From assembly GCA_964396065.1 (NCBI GenBank), contig CAYNCI010000017.1, forward strand, positions 4,194-36,193: a stretch of DNA of 32,000 bases. Direction: 5' to 3'. The stretch is from an uncultured Mesohalobacter sp. GTDB lineage: Bacteria > Bacteroidota > Bacteroidia > Flavobacteriales > Flavobacteriaceae. The notes beneath the pieces were generated by a model. It made no database searches and was not told the origin of the DNA. It saw nothing but the letters and a program-made list of their open reading frames with translations. Shown here one piece after another: positions 1 through 5,549 of this stretch (within the stretch, counting starts at the first letter, position 1; each line of letters begins with the position of its first letter). Position numbers and translations under genes: made by a program.

Positions 1-1308
1 TTTTGCGGTTGCCGTAAAACAAGACACCGGGATTTTTCCAATATTTTTGAGATTTTCAATTTGTTTGATGAAATCAGCAATAAAAAGGTAATCTACCCTA
101 AAATCCTGTCCCCAATTTGAAAAACAATGGGCTTCATCAATAACTATACGCCCTAAAGATCTGGATAACAACAATCTAAAAATTGAAGGTGAACGTAAAG
201 ATTCCGGTGAAAGGTATAATATATCTGCCCTTCCGTCTTCTACCATTTCAAAAGCTTCCTGACGTTCTAAAGGTGATAATAAGCCATTGATGGCAACAGC
301 TTTTGTTATGCCAAACCGATCTCTCAAATTATCTACCTGATCTTTCATTAAGGAAATTAAAGGAGAAATGACAAGCGTTAAATGTCTGGTTAAAGCACCT
401 CGCATCAAAGCCGGTAGTTGAAAGGTTAAGGACTTGCCTCCACCGGTAGGAAATACGGCAACAAATGAACTGTTTTGCAAGCCGGCTCTAACCGCCTGTT
501 CCTGTAGGCTGATTGGTCTGTTTTTGTCAAATTTTCTAAAGTCAGGATAATTGAAATATTCAAATAATGCTTTTTTGGGATTTAATTTATTTTCGCAATA
601 GTGGCAATTTTCAGCATTGCAATAATTGAAACGTATGTCGTTAAGAATTTGTTCGGCTTCCGGATACTCATGCTTAACCCAGGGTGGCAGAACGGCGTCC
701 TTATCACCTAATTTTAGCAACGTAAAGACATAAGCCAATCCAATAGGATGGTTTTCAATGTAATGTTCAAATTTTGTCTGAGAACAACATTCTTCTTGCA
801 AAATAGAATTGATATCTACCTGAGTAAATTGATCTGCATTGAAACCGGCAAGCTCAAAAAATGTATTAAAATTCGGTTGCTTTTTAAGCAATTTGAAGTA
901 AACACTTTTATCTGCCGGACTTAATGCATTAAATCGGTTGAGTTCCTTAATCAGGTAATCTTCAGTTAATTTACAATCAGAAAGTGGATTGTTGACCTCC
1001 GAAGGATTTACAATTCTATAGCCTTTTGTAAGTTTATGGTTAGGTCTTTTTACGAACAACAAAGGCGACCATAACAACGTGTCAATATATTTTTTGTCCC
1101 TGAATATTCCTTCCCCAAGTTTTGTTTTGAGTTCGGGGATATCGTGTTTAATAATATTGTGTCCACAAATATAATTTGCTTGTCTGATCCATTCTTTTAA
1201 TTTTCGGGTATGCCTTTCATGTAGCTCCTGACCATTAAAAATAGCACCATAATCTACACTTTTGTTTTTAGGATTGGTCTCGATGTCTAGAAAAAGGATG
1301 TTATGCAT
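1..1308 (-). CDS. RecQ-family SF2 DNA helicase with an N-terminal DEDD-like 3'-5' exonuclease domain. Partial: the C-terminal part lies beyond the left window edge.
   Basis: Not in the ORF track. My hand translation of the minus strand from the ATG at 1308-1306 is open for 436 codons down to nt 1. The N-terminus reads MHNILFLDIETN (ExoI DxE), ICGHNIIKHD (ExoII-like) and NNPLSDC (ExoIII-like). A Cys cluster CNAENCHYC sits at nt 621-595. The RecQ core shows FPTGGGKSLTFQLPAL (motif I, nt 453-), VIDEAHCFSNWGQDFR (motif II, DEAH at nt 138-127) and SCFTATAK at the edge. Confidence 0.8.
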   Translation of the reverse strand, partial: MHNILFLDIETNPKNKSVDYGAIFNGQELHERHTRKLKEWIRQANYICGHNIIKHDIPELKTKLGEGIFRDKKYIDTLLWSPLLFVKRPNHKLTKGYRIVNPSEVNNPLSDCKLTEDYLIKELNRFNALSPADKSVYFKLLKKQPNFNTFFELAGFNADQFTQVDINSILQEECCSQTKFEHYIENHPIGLAYVFTLLKLGDKDAVLPPWVKHEYPEAEQILNDIRFNYCNAENCHYCENKLNPKKALFEYFNYPDFRKFDKNRPISLQEQAVRAGLQNSSFVAVFPTGGGKSLTFQLPALMRGALTRHLTLVISPLISLMKDQVDNLRDRFGITKAVAINGLLSPLERQEAFEMVEDGRADILYLSPESLRSPSIFRLLLSRSLGRIVIDEAHCFSNWGQDFRVDYLFIADFIKQIENLKNIGKIPVSCFTATAK

Positions 1309-1599
1309 TGAATACCCTAAACAATTGTTAGTCTAATATAAAAAAGTTTTATAAATAATAAGGAGGATATCTTCAACTGATAATGAATTAGATGCCAATG
1401 GTCATTTTTTTTAGGCCTAATTTCATATCAAACATAATATTGACTGTTAAAATGGTAAAGCCTAATCAAATTTGAAAACTATATTAAAACTTGAAAAGAG
1501 GGAAATAAATTAGAAAAACACCATTCTAAAAGTTTATACTATGTCTTAAAAATAAACTATATAATCACTTCATTTAGACTTATACCAAATTGAATATTA

Positions 1600-2361
1600 T
1601 CAAGTCAAATTCTCATAGATTAATTTTTTTCCGCAAGATTCAATTGAGCCTCTTCCTCTTTGAAAACAATCGGAAAGCAATTCAAGATCATTAGTATACT
1701 CTAGTGCGGTCTTTAATAGTTGCTTTTCTTTTTCAGTCCAGGTCTCGTAAGCCCGAGCATACTTAACTCTTGAATTAATAATGTATTCTGATAAATTTTC
1801 TGTTTTTAATACTCCTATTTCGTTTATCCTACTCTTTAATTGTCTAATTGCTTTATCGGATAATCTATTGAACTTTTCTTTTCTAAAAAAGTCTATGTCA
1901 CGCCATGGTTCAGGCTCTTTTTCTTTTCTCTTTTTTCCTCGAACTGTTAACCCATTATTAGTTAAATAATCTCTGAAAAAACTGTTAAGTTCTTGTTTTG
2001 AGTAATATCCAAAATACTTACCGTATAATTTATCAGAGTCTAAAACTGGAATATCAAAATACTTGGATTTTAGGAAGAAGTGGGTCAAAAGGCTATAACT
2101 TGGGCTATAATCAACACTTTGAAATAATTTAATCACATAATCCACTTCTTGTAAACTAATTTTAATTTTCTGGAAATGACTGATTTTAATTGAAGAATTA
2201 CTAGAATCACTAATTTTATCAAGTTCTGAAATAGCTTTTTCTAGTGCTCTTATGACATCTCTTTCATTTAGCACGCTATCGTCTTTAATCATTTCTCCTG
2301 TTTGAGGGGAACATCCTGAAGCTAGAGCCTCCAAAATTTCCATTACTCTATCCAATTTCAT
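1600..2361 (-). CDS. Hypothetical protein, 253 aa, co-oriented upstream of the Exo-RecQ gene. It has a basic linker and a C-terminal SANT/HTH-like segment.
   Basis: Long ORF in a very AT-rich region on the same strand as the helicase, 291 nt upstream of it. Readable elements are an N-terminal ILEALASGCSPQTGEMI...VIRALEKAI helix-like segment, a KKRKEKEPEP basic linker, and a C-terminal WTEKEKQLLKTALEYTNDLELLSDCFQRGRGSIESCGKKL that resembles a Myb/SANT or sigma-r4-type HTH. I recognise no family by eye. Confidence 0.6.
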   Translation of the reverse strand: MKLDRVMEILEALASGCSPQTGEMIKDDSVLNERDVIRALEKAISELDKISDSSNSSIKISHFQKIKISLQEVDYVIKLFQSVDYSPSYSLLTHFFLKSKYFDIPVLDSDKLYGKYFGYYSKQELNSFFRDYLTNNGLTVRGKKRKEKEPEPWRDIDFFRKEKFNRLSDKAIRQLKSRINEIGVLKTENLSEYIINSRVKYARAYETWTEKEKQLLKTALEYTNDLELLSDCFQRGRGSIESCGKKLIYENLT

Positions 2362-2559
2362 CTTTATTATGTAATAATTGTCTACAAAATTTTAAAATTA
2401 AAAAAGAAATAACTAATGTGCGTGAAGACCTGAACAAATTTAAATAAATCTAAATATTGTCATTAGTATTTTAAGTATGCAACAAGTGTACTACGGCAGA
2501 CAACAGTTTTAAAACTTACGAAACAATTACTATTACTAGACTAAAAATTATCAGCATAA

Positions 2560-2611
2560 TTGACATTATTAAATTATTGTCAACTTATATGTATACATTT
2601 TCTTATATTTG
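2560..2611 (+). promoter_or_regulatory. Putative operator palindrome plus Bacteroidota-type -7 box upstream of the mobile mystery protein A/B operon
   Basis: TTGACA-N12-TGTCAA palindrome at 2560-2583. An exact TAnnTTTG match (TATATTTG) lies at 2604-2611, 54 nt before the ATG at 2665. I found no clear -33 TTTG. Confidence 0.3.
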
Positions 2612-2664
2612 TAATCTAATTTGTTTACTTTATTTATATTTTGTAAACCTATATATTTACAATA

Positions 2665-3126
2665 ATGAGAAGTAAAAAAAGACTTTTAATTGAACAACTG
2701 GACAATAAGCTACAACCATTTTCTGAAAGCAGAAAGGTCCTAGTACCGCAACGTGGGTGGATAAATGCTATTCGAAGCTCACTTAATATGACTATGGCCC
2801 AACTTGGGAGTAAACTTAATATAACAAGACAAGGGGTGAAAAAAATTGAGGAAAGTGAAGCCAGTGGTACTATAACACTTAATTCTTTAAAAAATGTTGC
2901 TAATGCAATGGATCTAAAATTGGTTTATGCAATGGTTCCAAAAAATGGTACTATCAGCGACTTAATACATCTAAAAGCAGAAAAATTAGCAAAAAAAATT
3001 GTGTTAAGGACCAATCAAAATATGAAATTGGAAGACCAAGGTGTTGGGGATGAAAAGATTACCAAAATCATAAAGGAACTTACTTATGACATAGAACGGG
3101 AAATGAGAAAGTCTTTATGGGATTAG
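2665..3126 (+). CDS. Mobile mystery protein A (XRE-type helix-turn-helix, antitoxin-like partner of the Fic protein)
   Basis: 153 aa. The segment RGWINAIRSSLNMTMAQLGSKLNITRQGVKKIEESEASGTITLNSLKNVANAMDLKLVYAMVP is the HTH/XRE pattern typical of the TIGR02612-type family. Its stop overlaps the start of the downstream Fic gene (ATGGGATTAG). Confidence 0.75.
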   Translation: MRSKKRLLIEQLDNKLQPFSESRKVLVPQRGWINAIRSSLNMTMAQLGSKLNITRQGVKKIEESEASGTITLNSLKNVANAMDLKLVYAMVPKNGTISDLIHLKAEKLAKKIVLRTNQNMKLEDQGVGDEKITKIIKELTYDIEREMRKSLWD

Positions 3127-3713
3127 AATTTGATTATAAATATGGTCAAACACCTTTAGCTAAAGAGGAAAAAGAAGGGCTAAAAATAAAATCAATAACT
3201 ACCCATGGAGAACTTAATGAATTTGAGCAATTAAATATTGAGAAGGCCGTCGAATGGAGTATAAATACTAATTTTAAATCTGAAAATATCTTGACCGAAA
3301 AGTTCATTAAAAACATACACAAACGAATGTATGGCGATGTATGGAAATGGGCAGGTGATTTTAGGAAAACCGAAAAAAATATTGGAGTTCCGTGGATACA
3401 GATTAGCATGGAGTTAAAAAAACTTCTTGACGATACAGAGTATTGGATTGAAAATAAAATCTATTCACCTGAGGAAATTTCTATTAGATTTAAACACCGT
3501 CTGGTATCTATTCATTGTTTTCCTAATGGAAATGGAAGACATTCAAGAATGATGGCGGACATAATTATTGAGTCTATATTTGGAAAGAAAATATTTTCTT
3601 GGCATCAATCTAATATAGTCAAAGCCAACGCCATTAGGAAGGCATATATCAACGCCTTGAGAAAAGCTGATAATGGCAACATAGAGCCACTAATTGATTT
3701 TGCAAAGAATTAA
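3117..3713 (+). CDS. Mobile mystery protein B (Fic/DOC family protein)
   Basis: 198 aa. The Fic motif reads HCFPNGNGRHSR, a variant of the HxFx(D/E)GNGRxxR core with N at the acidic position. It overlaps the upstream HTH gene by 10 nt, which is a classic two-gene Fic module. Confidence 0.85.
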   Translation: MGLEFDYKYGQTPLAKEEKEGLKIKSITTHGELNEFEQLNIEKAVEWSINTNFKSENILTEKFIKNIHKRMYGDVWKWAGDFRKTEKNIGVPWIQISMELKKLLDDTEYWIENKIYSPEEISIRFKHRLVSIHCFPNGNGRHSRMMADIIIESIFGKKIFSWHQSNIVKANAIRKAYINALRKADNGNIEPLIDFAKN

Positions 3714-3971
3714 AATCAGTTGCTTTTACACACTTAGACCACCTTAAAATGTCAACTCTTTCTATACACATCACAGATTCAGAGTAGTCGAACGTATTTC
3801 TTAACATTAAAAACTCTACATGAATGAGATACCATGGTCTGTGTCGTGTAGTATATACTTTTCTACTTAACGCATTATGAGATTTAGATCTAGAAATCAA
3901 ATTTTGAGCATAACCCACATAATCCTTTCTTACAGCCAAAGTTTTCAATACGGAAACACATATTCTTCCAT
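3649..3971 (-). pseudogene. Small GIY-YIG nuclease family gene, apparently disrupted by a 1-nt frameshift near its 5' end
   Basis: The track ORF (3649-3948, TTG start) reads ...VRKDYVGYAQNLISRSKSHNALSRKVYTTRHRPWYLIHVEF...SESVMCIERVDILRWSK, which matches the YIG..R..HN..PW..E..K.W pattern. An ATG at 3971 in another frame gives MEEYVFPY*. Adding one T to the TTT run (AAA at 3954-3956 on the plus strand) would give MEEYVFSVLKTLAVRKDYVGY, restoring the GIY strand. Confidence 0.5.
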
Positions 3972-3974
3972 AAT

Positions 3975-4015
3975 TCTCTAAAATACAAAAAGCTTCACAT
4001 TTCTGTGAAGCTTTT
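3975..4015 (-). terminator. Rho-independent terminator downstream of tRNA-Met
   Basis: Perfect 12-bp stem (3988-3999 pairs with 4004-4015), sequence aaaagcttcaca / tgtgaagctttt, with a 4-nt loop. On the minus strand it is followed by TTTTTGTATTTT. Confidence 0.55.
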
Positions 4016-4021
4016 CTCTTG

Positions 4022-4094
<73 letters not shown>

Positions 4095-4111
4095 ATTTAT
4101 AATTGGGATTG

Positions 4112-4141
4112 CAAATATAAGCTTTTTTGTGGGCTGCCAAA
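4112..4141 (-). promoter_or_regulatory. Putative Bacteroidota sigma-A promoter for tRNA-Met
   Basis: On the minus strand, TTTG (4141-4138) is followed after an 18-nt spacer by TATATTTG (4119-4112). This matches the -33 TTTG / -7 TAnnTTTG consensus and ends 17 nt upstream of tRNA position 1. Confidence 0.4.
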
Positions 4142-4160
4142 AGAAATAATGGAAAAATTC

Positions 4161-4490
4161 TTATAAGTGTTTTTTTAAGTGCTCTAGTTCAGATTTGATG
4201 TGTTTTAACTTCTTTATCATATCAAACTTAGAAATTTCAAATTTGGTTTTGTGCTTCAAATGTTGTTTTGCACCCTCGAGTGTGTACCCTTTTTCCTTAA
4301 CCAGAAAATAAATGAGTTCAAAGTTTTTGATGTCTTCTTGAGTGAATTTTCGATTGCCTTTAGCATTTTTTTTGGGTTTAATAATATCAAATTCACCTTC
4401 CCAAAATCTTATTAATGAGGCGTTTACATCAAAAGCTTTGGCGACTTCACCAATGTTATAATACAGTTTTTCTGGCAGGTCGACCTTCAT
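4161..4490 (-). CDS. MerR family transcriptional regulator
   Basis: 109 aa. The N-terminus YYNIGEVAKAFDVNASLIRFWEGEF is a MerR-type HTH. It starts 3 nt after the stop of the upstream M23 peptidase gene, so the two are operonic. Confidence 0.85.
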   Translation of the reverse strand: MKVDLPEKLYYNIGEVAKAFDVNASLIRFWEGEFDIIKPKKNAKGNRKFTQEDIKNFELIYFLVKEKGYTLEGAKQHLKHKTKFEISKFDMIKKLKHIKSELEHLKKHL

Positions 4491-4493
4491 ACA

Positions 4494-5471
4494 TTAATCT
4501 AAAGATTGGTTTTCTAGTGCAGAGTTATTCAGCATGGTTTCATAATCTTCACCAGACAAGTCGTTATAGTAGAAATAAATTGGATTCATGTGCTTACCAT
4601 TTTTAAGCACCTCGTAGTGTAAATGGGGTGCTGTAGAAGTTCCCGTGTTTCCGACAAGCCCAATAATTTCTCCTCTTTTAACTTTTTGACCTCTATAAAC
4701 ACTTATTTTACTTAAGTGTGCATACAAGGTCTGATAACTAAAGCCATGGTCTAGAATAATGTGGTATCCATATCCTCTTCTGGAACGTTTTACCGATTTT
4801 ACTGTGGCATCTCCCGTTGCAAAAACAGGAGAACCTGTCGGAGCAGAAAAATCCATCCCTTTATGGAATTTACGTATCTTGTATATAGGATGCATACGCA
4901 TACCATAACCTGAAGCAGTACGCTTTAAATCGTCGTTTTGAATAGGCTGTATAGCGGGTAGCGATGACAAAAATTCTTCTTTGTTTCGAGCAAAGGCAAC
5001 AATTTCATCTAGCGATTTCGACTGAACAACAATTCGTTTTTTAAGCTTATCTATCCGCTCTTTTGTTTCTTTCAGAATATCAGAGTTGTCGTAACCATCC
5101 AGGTACTTATAACGGTTTACACCACCAAACCCGGATTTACGTTGCTCTGTAGAAATTGGATCGGCTTCAAAATAAATTCTATATATGTTATTATCTCTTT
5201 CTTCAATCTCGGAAAGAACGGTTAGAGCTTCGTCCAGTTCCCTATTCATAATTTCATACTGGAACTTCAGCTGGTCTAATTCTCTTTTGTAAGCTTTTTC
5301 TTTAGGAAAATGCAAGTCAGGCACACTAAAATAAATAAGAAGCGATGCTACAAAAAAAACGAGGCCTCCAAATACCATAAGCATAAGGTAAAGAAGGAAC
5401 CTTCCTTTCTTGGGTTCTATTTTTCGATAAGATAGTGTTTCGCTATCGTAATAATATTTTACCTTAGACAT
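4494..5471 (-). CDS. M23 family metallopeptidase (membrane-anchored, coiled-coil linker)
   Basis: The C-terminal domain has HKGMDFSAPTGSPVFATGDG-like, GYHIILDHG and GNTGTSTAPHLHYEV motifs of LytM/M23. I chose the start at MSKVKYY (ATG at 5471), which is followed by a TM helix. The longer track ORF would overlap the alaS start. Confidence 0.85.
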   Translation of the reverse strand: MSKVKYYYDSETLSYRKIEPKKGRFLLYLMLMVFGGLVFFVASLLIYFSVPDLHFPKEKAYKRELDQLKFQYEIMNRELDEALTVLSEIEERDNNIYRIYFEADPISTEQRKSGFGGVNRYKYLDGYDNSDILKETKERIDKLKKRIVVQSKSLDEIVAFARNKEEFLSSLPAIQPIQNDDLKRTASGYGMRMHPIYKIRKFHKGMDFSAPTGSPVFATGDATVKSVKRSRRGYGYHIILDHGFSYQTLYAHLSKISVYRGQKVKRGEIIGLVGNTGTSTAPHLHYEVLKNGKHMNPIYFYYNDLSGEDYETMLNNSALENQSLD

Positions 5472-5549
5472 ATTAAATTTAGTACTTTTGCAAACTTTAA
5501 AGTTACAAATATAAAAAAATATTACCTGTTGTAAATTAAGGCATAAGCT
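5472..5549. promoter_or_regulatory. Divergent promoter region between the M23 peptidase operon and alaS
   Basis: The plus strand has TACTTTTG at 5483-5490 and the minus strand has TATATTTG (5513-5506). Both are exact TAnnTTTG -7 matches facing their respective genes. No convincing -33 elements were seen. Confidence 0.35.

Noticed and set aside
1781-1969. Plus-strand 62-aa ORF inside the 253-aa gene
   Set aside because: It is fully nested antisense in a longer ORF, and its Phe/Leu/Ser-rich translation is typical of AT-rich shadow frames.
3146-3409. Minus-strand 87-aa ORF inside the Fic gene
   Set aside because: It lies antisense to a CDS with an intact Fic motif and has no features of its own.
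1-4000. Integrase, transposase, IS ends or an att direct repeat that would define the accessory block as a discrete mobile element
   Set aside because: I found none in the visible part. No copy of the tRNA-Met 3' segment occurs elsewhere in the window, so the mobile-element status remains an inference.
4415-4606. Plus-strand 63-aa ORF spanning the merR / M23 junction
   Set aside because: It overlaps two well-supported minus-strand genes.
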